Numbered from the whole stretch's first letter, positions 1 through 11,864 are shown. The stretch is DNA of 59,711 nucleotides, filler included, from Sphacelaria rigidula (GCA_964200075.2; 10 parts of 10 records of this genome joined end to end with filler, not necessarily neighbours in it); one strand, 5' to 3'. Notes: generated by a model not told the origin, from the sequence alone. Numbers and translations are program-made.

Positions 1-1602
1 TCTTTTATCTTCTTGCCTCGCTGCTGTACTGGTTACTTCCCTCCAGGGAGGCCATTTTTTCACCGTATAAGGTTCAAGGACGGCTTGCATAACACAAGGT
101 CTTACTCACATCGGGATGTCCCGCACATGACCTTTTTCACTCCGTGTACGATTCACCATGGGCCGCTACTCCACTGATACTTCCGAGTAGACCTTCACTG
201 CCGAAAGCTTGGCCAACCATCCCCCCACACTTTGCCCCAGCTTGTAAAATCTCCAGAAGTCTTCGTGACGCTACTCCTTCTCGTAGGTCATGTGGTCGGT
301 CATGTTGAAATATATATGGCTATCGTGGCTTGTGTACAAAATACACAGTGGTCAACTGTCAACGTGACAGGTACGATTGGTCCAACGGGTGAAACCAGCT
401 CTGTCAACAAAGCTCACAGAGGCTGCACAGTGTTGATTAGACACTTGTTTGTGCAATTGAAAGAAACTATGTTTTAAACTTGGCGCTTTACTCGGCCGAA
501 CTTAAATCGAACACAATCCGTATTTACTCTGTGGGAAACTGATTACAACCTTGTAGGCTTACTCGAGGTGGGGCGCGTTGGAGAGTAAAAGCGTAGTGCT
601 ATGTCAATGTCTCTCCGGTACTATAGAACTGTTTATCCAAACTGTTGATACCCTAGACTCTTCTTACTCAATTTTTCACTATTCTGACAATATGCTGACT
701 TTCTGGATATACGAGCTATACAGTGCATGCCGATTCATTATTCCACGATGACTATTTCACTTCTTCGGTTACTTGATTGATTGATTGATTGTCGCACTTC
801 AACTGATTCCCCAGGGGTCCAGCCGTGGTATTAAGATAGACGTACCCAAGAAAAACGAAACTGAAACATGCTTTGAAAAAAAGAAGAAACAGGGGGGGGA
901 AAGTCGAACAGAACGATATAGCAGACTAAGTCATAACAAAAAAAGTAAAAAAAAAAGTCAACACAAGCAGAGCACATAAAGAAGTTACTACTACTATCTT
1001 TGTTATAACGATGAATCGTAACTGGTTATACGGTTGATCTCGAGTATGCATATTCGGAACTTATTCGGATCTGTTATTCCTTCAAGTCCAACAGGTCATC
1101 GGTAAGGTGTTTGTTTCATGAGTGCAGTAGGTCTTGATGTTTATGTCATGCATTATCCACCCCTTCCCTCTATTAGGCGCCTTTTGCATCTGATGTCGGA
1201 AAATTTTGGGAATGGCTGACCAGACTTCCACCGGCCAATGGAAATGGGTAAGGTTTTACAAGTGTCTCACTATGTTAATCGTGTGATTTCACTCATGCTA
1301 AATGTAAGATGCAGGATACTATAACGAGACTATCGGAGGAAAATGTGGCGGATTAATCGACGGGAAACGGTACTGGTGATTTTCAGAAATGGTACTGTAG
1401 AACGACGGTTCGGATCGATTCTCGGAATGTTCTTGAAAGTGTTCGTTGTTCTCACTTTTATTTTCGAATGATCCGGAAACGACAGGGAGTTATCTTGTGG
1501 TATACGGTATGTTTCTACAGGATGAAACAGGATATATTTGCCGTAGGTCGAGAAGGATTCTCGACGAAGATGTGCCTCCGCATCTCTCGCCCCACCATGT
1601 TC

Positions 1603-1630
1603 AGTGTGTGTGTGTGTGTGTGTGTGTGTG
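1603..1630. repeat. (GT)n microsatellite
   Basis: Direct observation. Confidence 0.9.
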
Positions 1631-2200
1631 CTTTCCTACCCCATGAGCGGTCTGATTTGAATGAGACGATAAGACAACTATACACTTCTGCTTCTGGAAC
1701 TTCATCTTCGACAGCGGACGCTATGCAAGATTGCCTACTACGTTTTTGGTTGAACGTTGGGTGCTCAAGCCATATAACTCGAGACTCTACCGAGCACGCT
1801 AGCGCGTTCCTTGGAACAAAGAGTAGGGTAATTACCTTAGATAACGCTTCATCATGAGCGGTACAGGAGAAGAGCGGATTGTGGTGGAGGAACTGGAGGC
1901 TCCACCTCAGGCGTTGGTCGTAACACCAGAGGACTACCACAGCTTTCAAGAATGGAAAGCGTATCGAGCTAGGGGGGTTTCTACAGCTGGGGGCACAGAA
2001 CCGCCTCAGCTGGAAGCCTAGGAAAGAACAGCCCCGAGAGAGTTGAGAGCTGACACAACACTCACCGGGTCGGCCGGTCTGGGATTGGGTCGACTAGGGG
2101 CGGGGGCGGGAGCACCGCCCAGGGGCACAACAGGTACCCATGCCCCTGGCACATCGTTAGGAATGATGTCTGGTCTTTGGTTTCCCAGTACAGGTGGTAT

Positions 2201-2498
2201 AACAAGGTTTTCGTGAGATTAAGAGTAGAGGATACAATTGAGAGTGAAAAGCGGTCAATTCGTGAATGACCCGTTTCAGTTCCGAAATGCCCCTCCACGA
2301 GTTCCAATACCTTTTCTGTAGAAGCTTGCCGCTGAGACCCTTGATATCCCTGAGAAAGATATCGACGTGTAGCTGTCAGCACACGCCAGTGGTGGAGGAA
2401 AAAAAAAACACACGGAATGAAAAAGTGGCAAAGTCGAAGCAAATGAAAGAAGGCACTCTCACTCAGCGCTCTACTCTCAATCTCACGAAAACATCGTT
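2201..2498. mobile_element. MITE (~300 bp, ~30-bp TIRs) inserted just upstream of copia gag
   Basis: Left end aacaaggttttcgtgagattaagagtagag is the reverse complement of right end ctctactctcaatctcacgaaaacatcgtt, with 3 mismatches. An inverted second copy lies at ~57235-57584 on another scaffold. Confidence 0.8.
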
Positions 2499-2559
2499 GT
2501 GTGCGGATGTCAAGAGCCGTTTGCAAAACCGAGGAAGTACACAATCAGCGTCGTTACTG

Positions 2560-3903
2560 ATGAGTGTGGATTCTAGGACATTGAAAGCAAAGGATATCAC
2601 AAAGTTTACAAGTAAAACAAGTCATAGATGGACGACTTTTAAGCGTGGTGTAGAGCGATATGCGTTCATCTGGGGTTTCGGGGATGGCTCGTTTCGCGAC
2701 TCACCGCTTTGTGATGATCCTCTAAAAGAACCGCAGCTGTTAGGGTTGGGTGTCAGTCAGGATGACATCAAGCGAGCTCGCTTTGCGTATATATTGTTTC
2801 TCAACACTGTCAAGGATCCAGTCGCGAGACATATCCTTGTGGATTCGCGATCACCGTCCATAGCATGGCGTGCATTGAACGAACAGTTCTCTCCCAAAAC
2901 CGCGGAAGCTAGAATGGATGTCTTAGACGAGTTGAACAATCTGAAGTACACAAAAGGGCAGGATACAGATGAGTTGTGGATCCAACTACAGTCAGTGCAC
3001 TCACGTTCTGTAACGTTGGGATTGAAGATTTCCCTTAATATGATCGTGGATAAATTCCAATATTCCCTCCTCGCTGAGCACACCACGATTCGAGACCAGT
3101 TGCGTTTCGAACCATCACTGTTGACTGACAAGACCCAAGCCCTTGTAAAGGATAAATTTCTGTCCCTGAAGAAAACCGGTTCTTCCCGTGGTAATGATCA
3201 CAATCGTGCCTTGTATGCAGGCAATAAGGGTTCCGGCTACAGGAGTAAGGAAAAAGGGGGCGGAAAGTCGCGAAAATCCGCGGCTGGATCAAGGGATGGG
3301 AATGCACAGTCAGATGGAAAAGCAGGGGGTGACGGTAGTTCTGCGGGTAAGAAGAAAGCCGTAGATAAGAAAAACATCACCTGCTACGAGTGTGGCAAAA
3401 CTGGCCATGTCAAGTTTGAGTGCCCAGAACGTGTTTGCGAGGTGTGCGGAGGAAAAGGACATTCAAAAGAGTTCCACAAAATGGTCGCAATGTGCACATC
3501 TGACTCTTTTAAGGACTCAGTAGACTTTGGTTTCATAGCAGTCGGGACTGACGACTACGCGTCTGCAGCAGGTGGTACACGAGGGGACTGCCCAGTTCTT
3601 GCCGACGGGGGGAAGGAGGTCTGGATTGCAGACAGTGCTGCAACATGTCATATGACCCCTTCGCGTGACTGCATGTATGACTATGAGCCTTGCTCTGGTC
3701 GTTCGGTAACGGTGGCTAACAGTCAAAAGGCACCGATTTTGGGCTTTGGAAAAATCTTGTTGTCGACAGGTAGTGGCGAAGACAAGTTGACAGTCAGTAT
3801 CAAGCGCGTGGCACATGTGCCTGATTTGGACGTAAACCTTTTCTCCCTGCAGAGTGTAGTGGTTAAGCATGGTTCGCCGATTAGTCTGACGAGAGGGCGC
3901 TGA
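2560..3903 (+). CDS. Copia gag + aspartic protease (probable ATG at 2560; ORF extension to 2266 lies in the MITE)
   Basis: Zinc knuckle CYECGKTGHVKFEC, second degenerate knuckle CEVCGGKGH, protease motif WIADSAATCHM, and the copia motif VAHVPDLDVNLFSL. Confidence 0.88.
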   Translation: MSVDSRTLKAKDITKFTSKTSHRWTTFKRGVERYAFIWGFGDGSFRDSPLCDDPLKEPQLLGLGVSQDDIKRARFAYILFLNTVKDPVARHILVDSRSPSIAWRALNEQFSPKTAEARMDVLDELNNLKYTKGQDTDELWIQLQSVHSRSVTLGLKISLNMIVDKFQYSLLAEHTTIRDQLRFEPSLLTDKTQALVKDKFLSLKKTGSSRGNDHNRALYAGNKGSGYRSKEKGGGKSRKSAAGSRDGNAQSDGKAGGDGSSAGKKKAVDKKNITCYECGKTGHVKFECPERVCEVCGGKGHSKEFHKMVAMCTSDSFKDSVDFGFIAVGTDDYASAAGGTRGDCPVLADGGKEVWIADSAATCHMTPSRDCMYDYEPCSGRSVTVANSQKAPILGFGKILLSTGSGEDKLTVSIKRVAHVPDLDVNLFSLQSVVVKHGSPISLTRGR

Positions 3904-5335
3904 AATCACGTTGCCCGGTCGGAGAAAACTGCTTTTTGAGAAAGACGGCAGGAACGATGTCGTGACCGCAACCCGCCGTAGCCTGCCATCCAATTCTTCG
4001 TCGAAAACCCTTCAGTCTGACCCCGATGAATCCGCGCGAGCTGTCCTTGCCCCGGGCAAGATGCCTGTTGACCGTCTTCAGGTGGACATAAATTTGTTTC
4101 GCCAGTCACACGGGCACCTGCACGAGGGCTTCTTACGAGAAACGGCGAAACACCCGGGGGTGACACTGGTGGGCAAGTTCCACGAATGCAAAGGCTGCTC
4201 AATGGCGAAGGGGTTGCGAAAACCTATCCCTACGTCCACCACTATGCTTGCAGCTAAGCCTGTAGAGCGTGTGTTCATGGATGCGTCTGGCCCGAAATTG
4301 GTCGAGAGTGTAGGTGGCATGAAGTACTCTTTTCTCATCCGCGATGATTTCACTCGGGAAATCTGGATGTATTTCGGGAAACATAAGTCTGGCACCACGA
4401 GGGCGTTTAAGCAATACCTGGCTGATTTAGGAGTACAGTGCATTCCCTCAGCTGTAGAGACCGTAAGACCTGACGGTGGTCGAGAGTTCTCAGGTTCTTT
4501 CAGTGATCTGTGTCGTGAGCGTGGCATAAGGCAACAATACACCCCAGCAGACAGTCCCGAGTACAATGGTGTTGCCGAACGGGCAATCGCGATGGTTGAG
4601 GAAGCCGCTACGGCAGCTAGGACTCAGGCAAAGGTACTGTATGGCGTGGATGTTCCGACAAGGATGTGGGCTGAGTCGAATCGTTGGGCAGCAGGTGCGT
4701 TGGAACGTTCTGCTACCACTGCTAACCCTGGGAAGAAGTCCCCAGATGAGATGTTTTACGGTGAAGTACCTGAAGTCAAGCTTCTCCCTTTCTTCAAGCT
4801 AGGATACTGTAGGTATAAGAGGACGTCGAAGTGTATGCCGAAAGCACAGGAGTGTTTTTACTTGGGGCCTGGCTACAACTACCCCCGTGATACCATGAGA
4901 ATGCAGACGAAAGGGAGATATGTAATCACTGCTCGCGATGTTACTTGGCAGCACTCACCTCCCCCAAAATCGCAGCAAGCGGTTCCGTTTTCTGTGTCGG
5001 GAGAGGAAAACTCACAGTATGTGGAGAGCGGGGAGGACGGTGTCGAGAGCTCTGATTCTGACTCTGACGAGTCGGATCTCGGCACTGGCGGGGGGATTCC
5101 CTGTGGTGCTTTGTCAGAGGAACTTGATGGGATGGTGGAACCTGAGGAGAAGCGAGGCGGCAACAACGGCGAAGAGTCTGGCCTGCAGCCGTCTGCTTCG
5201 CCTTTATCCTCTGACGATGATTTTTCGGAGACATCGTCTGTCGGCGGCGGCGGCGGGGATGCCGCGAATCAACCTGACTCGGTTGAGCCGACACTTGGCT
5301 GGACAAGGCAACAGACACGAGCCTTGCTGCAGTAG
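3893..5335 (+). pseudogene. Copia integrase (frameshifted relative to gag-PR)
   Basis: Degenerate HHCC (SHGHL...ECKGCSMAK), DDE triad VFMDASG / RPDGGREF / NGVAERAI, and C-terminal CFYLGPG. Confidence 0.9.
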
Positions 5336-5494
5336 CGTCAGGAGCACCGGCTTCAACAGCAAGTTCCAGACCTGCGGGAGCATGAGGGTGTTCATAATGC
5401 GTTGTGGACAGCCACGGGGGATTTGTGGGCAACGGAATAGACCCTAGCGTAGCTGGCAAGCACAGAGGACCCAATACACTCAGGAGAGTCTGGG

Positions 5495-5882
5495 TTGGAG
5501 TTGATCCCATACGTGACTCTTGATGAGATTGAGTCAGCTCCCAAGTCTATGAAGGATGTGTACAGTTCTCAGTACAAGATTGTGTGGTTGGACGCGATGA
5601 AGAAGGAAGTAGAGGGGCTAGAATGCAATTACACGTGGACCATAATTGATTCACCCCCGTTTGGAGAGAATGTAGTCGATTCGAAGTGGGTTTTTCGGTG
5701 TAAAACCAATGAACATGGTTACGTGATGAAGGGTAAGGCTCGACTGCTCTTTAGGGGTCATCAGCAAGAAGCTGGCGACATTCCGACGTTCTCACCAACC
5801 CCACCCACTACGACTAACCGAGTAGCTGCAGCGGTAGCTTGCGCAGAGGGGAAGACATTTTTCATTTCGACGTTGAGCAAGC
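5495..5882 (+). pseudogene. N-terminal part of copia reverse transcriptase (RVT_2)
   Basis: PKSMKDV...WLDAMKKEVEGLECNYTW...VVDSKWVF...GKARLLFRGHQQ...TFSPT. Same frame as the integrase but separated from it by three TAG stops. Confidence 0.9.
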
Positions 5883-5982
5883 NNNNNNNNNNNNNNNNNN
5901 NNNNNNNNNNNNNNNNNNNNNNNNNNTTAATTAATTAANNNNNNNNNNNNNNNNNNNNNNNNNNNNNNNNNNNNNNNNNNNN
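5883..5982. other. Artificial scaffold linker N44-TTAATTAATTAA-N44
   Basis: 100-bp linker with stop codons in all frames. Confidence 0.98.
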
Positions 5983-6510
5983 CGGGGCTACCAACTTCCT
6001 GAGGTTCAGCTGTGGTTGTGTTGGGCTGTGTGGTAAGCCTTTGCATGTGCCCCTGTCAACTGGACACGTATGTTCCCCTTCGAGGTGTCCGAAAATCCCC
6101 TTTTGAAAAGGAGATTTCAGGAAGTGTTTTTGCACTCCCTGGAATTCCCTCTCCGGAGGGGATTTCTGTGCACGTCGAGGGGATTTGTTTTGGGGGGTGG
6201 TATCGCAGCGACCAATCACCGGTCGTTTTTCAAAAAGGAGATTTTGATTAAGGGGGATTATCCCCTTCGTTAAGAAGGGCCCTCACCACTGCTCACTTGC
6301 CCGAAGTCGTGAATTTTCTCAGAACTTTCTTCAGTCTGAAATCAAGTAAGATCGAGTACCAACCATTGTTTACGTATATTTTCTTGGGTCTACTGTGGAG
6401 TAGCGTGGAACTGCTCGACAGTAAAAATATATTTCAGATGTACGTTGCAAGGGCAGGTCGGGCAGGCTGCTGTATTTACTTTTGAATACTCGGGGTACAA
6501 TGTCCGGGTA

Positions 6511-7478
6511 TCTACTCTACCCAACGTTTGGGTAGATTGGGTTCGAACTCAAATACTCTATCCAATTTTTGAGTAGATTGAGCACGGCCCCAAATAAATA
6601 CTCTACCCGAAAATTTGGGTAGATTGCGTACGGCTTCAAATACTCTAACCAATACTGCGCAAGTACTATTAGCAATACCTGCGTATAGAGTATCACTTGG
6701 GTATGACCTCAATACTCTACCCAATTTTTGGGTAGGTTGGGTATGATCTCAAAAAGACTACTCAATATTGGGTAAGTCATCTGAGTAATGCTCAGTTATA
6801 GAGTATCACTTGGGTATGATGAGTAACCGTGACCGTTGGCGACTTCGTGATGTCACTTCACAGACTACGTCGAATATATGGGCGAACTGTGGCCATCAAT
6901 GAGATGAGAGGCGTCACGTCACAGGCTACAATGAGTATGAGCGAACGGTGGCCATAAAAAGGCAAAACAAAATCGTGCAGAGGCAAGAGCCTACCTGCCC
7001 CACTCCCGACAGTACATACCCATACCCATACTTCATAGTTCGCATCCTCTTCGATATCAGAGTCAGTACAAAGCGCCACTCATGATCATTGGGTAATCCA
7101 GTAGATGGGTAGGTGTTATTGTAAATTGAGCGACTCTGCGGATCGCACATCTGACTCTTCAATGGGAGACCCAGCGGGTAAAACGGTGGAAGATGTGGGA
7201 ACACCGCAGCATTCGCTAGGGGAAAGAACAGAAAAAGACGCGACGGGGTCAGGAGTGATAGACCTGACCCCAAAACAGGGCCCGTGGGTCCGTGTTATAC
7301 TGTCGGTTTGAGTAACTTGAATACTCAAGTTATATTCAAGATTTTGGTACATTGGGTCCGGCCTCAGATGCTCTACCTAACGTTTAGGTAGATTGGGTAT
7401 GACCTCAAGTACTCTACCCAATTTTTGGGTAGATGGGTACGACCTCAAATACTCTATACCCAATTTTTGGGTAGATTA
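6511..7478. repeat. Two clusters (6511-6820, ~7340-7478) of ~41-bp tandem units with a palindromic core
   Basis: The consensus unit TACTCTACCCAATTTTTGGGTAGATTGGGTATGACCTCAAA recurs about 8 times with divergence. Confidence 0.85.
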
Positions 7479-8091
7479 AGAGGTTGTCCTGATGCCGAAG
7501 GAACTCCGATGGTGGCGATAACTTCCTCTTATGATATGTGCGTAAGAAGTTGGGTCAGATGATAGATGATGGCCTGGGGGCGACCAGTTCCTCGGGGAAT
7601 GTTGGACCGTCCTTATATCAGGCTCTTCCTGGCATCACCCGAAGGTGTCTAGTATAGTTGGCATCACAGGGTCCTCGATATTCTGGTCCTTTCGAACCGT
7701 TCCTACCTTGTACCTGCTTGCTCTGATTCTTCATGTATGCGTGGCATCAGTCTCTGATATGCCACCGCAAAAGGTGTGTCTTCCACATTCCCCCCCCCTT
7801 ATGTGCCTCAAGCCCATAGCGGCTGTGGTTGGTGGGGCGAGGCGATCATCAGCTTCGCTAATGATACAGTCGTGGAAGTATCTTTGCGTGACAATCATTG
7901 ATTGAGTCACGCCACCGATAATCGCAAAGGTAGCCCTTTTCTATACTGTGGTATTGAGTAAACACCCTCAGTAAATTTTAGCTACCTGTGTTCAGTAACA
8001 GTGCATGCATTACAAACCCTTTAATATTGGTTTTCCTTTGTAATGTCAATGTTTCTTGTGAGACAGGTTTCCCTCAGATGACTTTTTACAT

Positions 8092-8551
8092 TTTAGTGCT
8101 GCTTTGCGTCTGTCGGTTATGCATGACTGGGCACTGCGACGCTGAACGGCCCACGGGCGCCTAGGTTATTTATGCGTGGGTTCTGGGATGCATTTGGTTC
8201 CGCTAACACCGGGGTAGGGCAAAGTTCTCGGGTTAGTAACAAAGCGGTATTCAAGATGTTTTAAACGTGTGAGCATTGTGCTCTTTTGGCTAAACACCGT
8301 CGAAATGACCCTTGGTTCTTGTCATTGTGTGTCATGTAACTGCGTCATGTGTGACACATTTTTCATTGGATGAATTTGCACGTTAGTGCTGGCTGCATCA
8401 GTTAGGTTTACATGACTGAGCACTGGGACAGTGACCGGTCCACGGGCGCTTGAGGTATTCATGCCCGGATTCTGGGATGCCTTCGGTTACACTGGCACCG
8501 GAGTACGACAAAGTCCTCGCGTTAGTATCAAAGCGGTGGGTCTGATGTTTA
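8092..8551. repeat. Diverged direct duplication (~170-bp units at 8092-8262 and 8382-8551)
   Basis: ttagtgctg...catgactg(g/a)gcactg...ccacgggcgc...ttctgggatgc...caaagcggt is colinear in both copies. Confidence 0.75.
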
Positions 8552-8575
8552 TCTTGCCAGCTGTGACGGTTTAAG

Positions 8576-8640
8576 AGACAACCACCAACTCGACTACTGA
8601 CCAGTCAGCGCTGACTGGTCAGAAGTCTAGTTGGTTGTCT
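8576..8640. repeat. ~65-bp palindrome
   Basis: Perfect core ctgaccagtcagcgctgactggtcag with imperfect flanks agacaacc..caact / agttggttgtct. Confidence 0.85.
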
Positions 8641-9238
8641 GTCAAAATGTCACAGAGCACGATGAACAGTGGATCCTGGAAAATGGGGTTGATCTCTAAA
8701 ATGAACTTCAAGTGGCATATCTTTTGTGCAGAGATGACGCGAAACAGTTACACAGAGCGAAACGACCTTCCGCCCCGAAAGTCTGCGGCAGTGAAGCAGT
8801 TATGGCTACGTGCACCGAACAAATGCGGTGTACACGCGTGTCGATGACGATATCACCAGAGAGAGAAGCAACGACAGAGAGGGAGCTTTTCGTCCGTGCC
8901 CTTTGTGTATCCTCGCTCGGCGATTACCGATCGCTCGAGAGACTGGCATCATACATGTTACAAGCATGTACCCAATTTCTCATGTGCTGGTAGGCATGTT
9001 ACAGTATATTGCTGCGCACAGCCCCCCAAACAACATCGAGGTGCGGAGGGATCTCGCCACTTCTTGTCTGTGGAGCTCACCAATGCGAAGATCGATTTCT
9101 CTCTGCCTCTCTTTTTTGACAAGACGCGCCTATGTGCGCTGCAGAACACGTCGTTCAAAAATAGGGCGATGTTCCCGTCACCGCTACTGTTCTCTGTCAC
9201 ACACATGCCAGCAAGGACGGTGCTGCGGCAATAACAGA

Positions 9239-9657
9239 TAACAGACAATTCTATAAAATGAGGTTCATCAATTAAATGAGGTTCGAGCCCGAAACAGTAC
9301 TTTCTCCACACTTTCAGCGATGGTGCCCGATGACTTTCTTGTCGGCCTAATTCCCCTCGATCGCGTAAATACTTTTTCAGCGCATTTCACCGACTTTGTG
9401 AGCTTACAGCGCTGACCGAAACCGCTGTTTTCCCTGATATCACCCCCCCCCTAAAAAATAAGTAGAAATAGCGGTTTCGGACAGCGCTGTAAGCTCAGAG
9501 AGCTGATAAAATGCGCTGAAGTAGTATCTACGCGATCGAGGGGCATTAGGCCAACAAGAAAGTGATCGGGCACCATCGCTGAAAGTGTGGAGAAAGTACT
9601 GTTTTGGGCTCGAACCTCATTTAGTTGATGAACCTCATTTTGTAGAACTGTCTGTTA
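9239..9657. mobile_element. Foldback element / long-TIR MITE (~195-bp arms, ~30-bp loop, TA at both ends)
   Basis: acagacaattctataaaatgaggttcatc...ccgaaaccgct is the reverse complement of agcggtttcgg...gatgaacctcattttgtagaactgtctgt. Confidence 0.85.
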
Positions 9658-9912
9658 GATCCAATTTGAACTTGTGGGGTGTTATTCATCGTTGATTTTA
9701 CCCGACAAGACATATGTGACCATCTGGGTGCCCGATCACAAGAGCGTTCCACAGTCACTTGGGGGGGGGGGGGGGGGAAAGAGAGAGCAAACCCGTGGGG
9801 AGACCTCCTTGGGGGGGGGGGGGAAAAAAANNNNNNNNNNAGAAAGGAAGAGGCGGAGCGCGCGCCCCAAAAAGCGGAGAGAAGGGGGGGGGGGGGGGGG
9901 GGGGGGGGGGGG

Positions 9913-11785
9913 TATGAGAGATCAAACGCTTGTGGAGACCTTCTTGACGTGCGGAGTGACAAAAAATGCCTATGGTGGTTACCTAACTGTTGCTAGCGTG
10001 GTGCAGAGGGGTACGTCCATGCTGCCATTTGGAGCACACACTGGCTGCGTGAACACCTCGGTACAGTAGATTTCCACAACTAATTTCGATATGAGGGGGT
10101 CATGCATTATAAGATAAGCCGAGATATGACCCCACGAGGAACAGGAGTGCTCTATGATCAACCACTTGTCATTGTATTTGACACCCACGCCATCAACCGC
10201 CGACCGCAAAGGTCTTGTGGCTTTCAAGCAACGCTGGCGGCAGTACGGAACGCAAACCCGACCATAGTTGGCTATCGTTGCTCTACTGTACTGGTTGCTG
10301 TCTGCACAGAGGTCACCCACCGTAACAACATGCATGCACCGAATTTCGCAACAGCTGTAAAAACAAAACAGTTCGATTTTCTCAAGTACGTCCACGTGAC
10401 TAAAAGGACTCTTGTAACCTGAGGAAGGGTGGCTTCCCCGTCCCCCCACCAGGTATGAAAGAACGACGACAGAGTTTTTGCAAGCGCATGTAACACTCAC
10501 GGGGGAACAGAGAGTTTCTCCTCTACGAAAGTCCGCGTTTTCCCACCTGCAAACCGTTTCATGCGCGTTGCTTTCTTAACAAGAACGTGAAACTGTCGAT
10601 TTATGTTCAGTTCTGTACTGATTGTCATATGTCAATGCCAGCTAAGTTTGGTGCTGCTGTTCGACAGTATCTTCGCACGTGTGGCCGGACCCAAAGCGAC
10701 CACTTTCCCTCAGGTTACAAGAGTCCTTTTAATCATGTGGACGTACTTGATTGAGAAAATCGAACTGTTTTGTTTTTACAGCTGTTGCGAAATTCGGTGC
10801 ATGCATGTTGTTACGGTGGGTGACCTCTGTGCAGACAGCAGCCAGTACAGTAGAGCAACGATAGCCAACTTTGGTCGGGTTTGCGTTCCGTACTGCCGCC
10901 AGCGTTGCTTGAAAGCCACAAGACCTTTGCGGTCGGCGGTTGATGGCGTGGGTGCCAAATACAATGACAAGTGGTTGATCATAGAGCACTCCTGTTCCTC
11001 GTGGGGTCATATCTCGCCCCAGCTTGTAATGCATGACCTCCTCACATCGGAATTACAGTAGTGGGCGATCTACCTATTCATTTTGTGCCATTTTGTGATT
11101 TTTTCGTAATTGGCGGTTTTCTTGGGCTCTTTTCGCTTGCCGCCGCTTATCACATTCGGGGATCTGAAGATATTTGTATCCCCTCCACGTTCCAAGGGGA
11201 AAAAAACATTGAAACTCAATATTGAGCGAGTTATGGGCTGACCGGTCATCGAGGGTCCTGCAACGTTTCAGCCCGGATTCTCACTCTTCAGTATTTTTGG
11301 TCGAGTGAGCATGTCCCGATCATATTTGTGAAGAAATGAACAGTTATTGTTCTTGAAATTCTACCTACTCATTGCTCTAGGGCCGAAAAGCTGTGTTTCA
11401 CCGTCAATAACACCCTCCTGATAAACGGGGGTTTTACTCATATCGCCCGACAACACCAACTGACGCTGATTTGGGCACTGTGTTTCGAGGATGATATGTC
11501 GGTTGTACAAAAATCTACCAAAAATCTACCGACGGTAGCAATTTCGAAATCTACCGAAGAGTAGTACGCGGGGAAAACCCCGAAACATCCCTGAAGAGTT
11601 AGACCGCCCACTATTGTAATTGTGGAAATCTACTGCACCGAGGTGTTCACGCAGCCAGTGTGTGCTCCAGATGACAACATGGACGTACCCCTCTGCACCA
11701 CGCTAGCAACAGTTAGGTCATCACTATAGGCATCTTTTTTCACTCCTCATGTCAAGTCTCCACAAGCGTTTGATCTCTCATACAC
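9913..11785. repeat. Large inverted repeat (~520-bp arms: 9913-10432 versus 10700-11055 + 11617-11785)
   Basis: Near-identical spurious ORFs on opposite strands (10102-10422 + and 10729-11034 -). Base-level complementarity resumes after the inserted MITE. Confidence 0.9.
11056..11616. mobile_element. Tc1/mariner-type MITE (561 bp) with TA target duplication
   Basis: TA|cagtagtgggcgatcta ... tagaccgcccactattg|TA. The opposite IR arm shows the empty site with a single TA. Confidence 0.88.
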
Positions 11786-11864
11786 CCTCCCTGGCGAGAC
11801 GTGAATAAATGTGGCATGAAATCGTTTGATGCACTAGACAGTAGGGAGAAAACGATGGCTATAC

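Larger units (their letters stand above)
2560..5882 (+). mobile_element. Degenerate Ty1/copia LTR retrotransposon internal region (gag-PR-INT-RT start), truncated by scaffold end
   Basis: Domain order is zinc knuckle, protease, integrase, RT, which is diagnostic of copia. There is one frameshift at ~3890-3900 and in-frame TAG stops at 5333, 5438 and 5450. Confidence 0.95.

Noticed and set aside
70..305. Minus-strand peptide FWRFYKLGQSVGG...AVKV reminiscent of a kinase N-lobe
   Set aside because: In-frame stops on both sides, no proper GxGxxG and no further kinase motifs.
1880..2192. Putative 5' LTR of the copia element (TG...CA)
   Set aside because: The second LTR is off-scaffold, so the 5' boundary cannot be verified.
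4938..5510. Long overlapping or antisense ORFs in the copia region (and similarly 55242-56132 +)
   Set aside because: Shadow frames of GC-rich retrotransposon coding sequence.
6511..7478. CRISPR-like array of palindromic repeats
   Set aside because: The linkers are short and homologous to each other rather than unique spacers, the repeats are degenerate, no cas genes are present and the context is eukaryotic.
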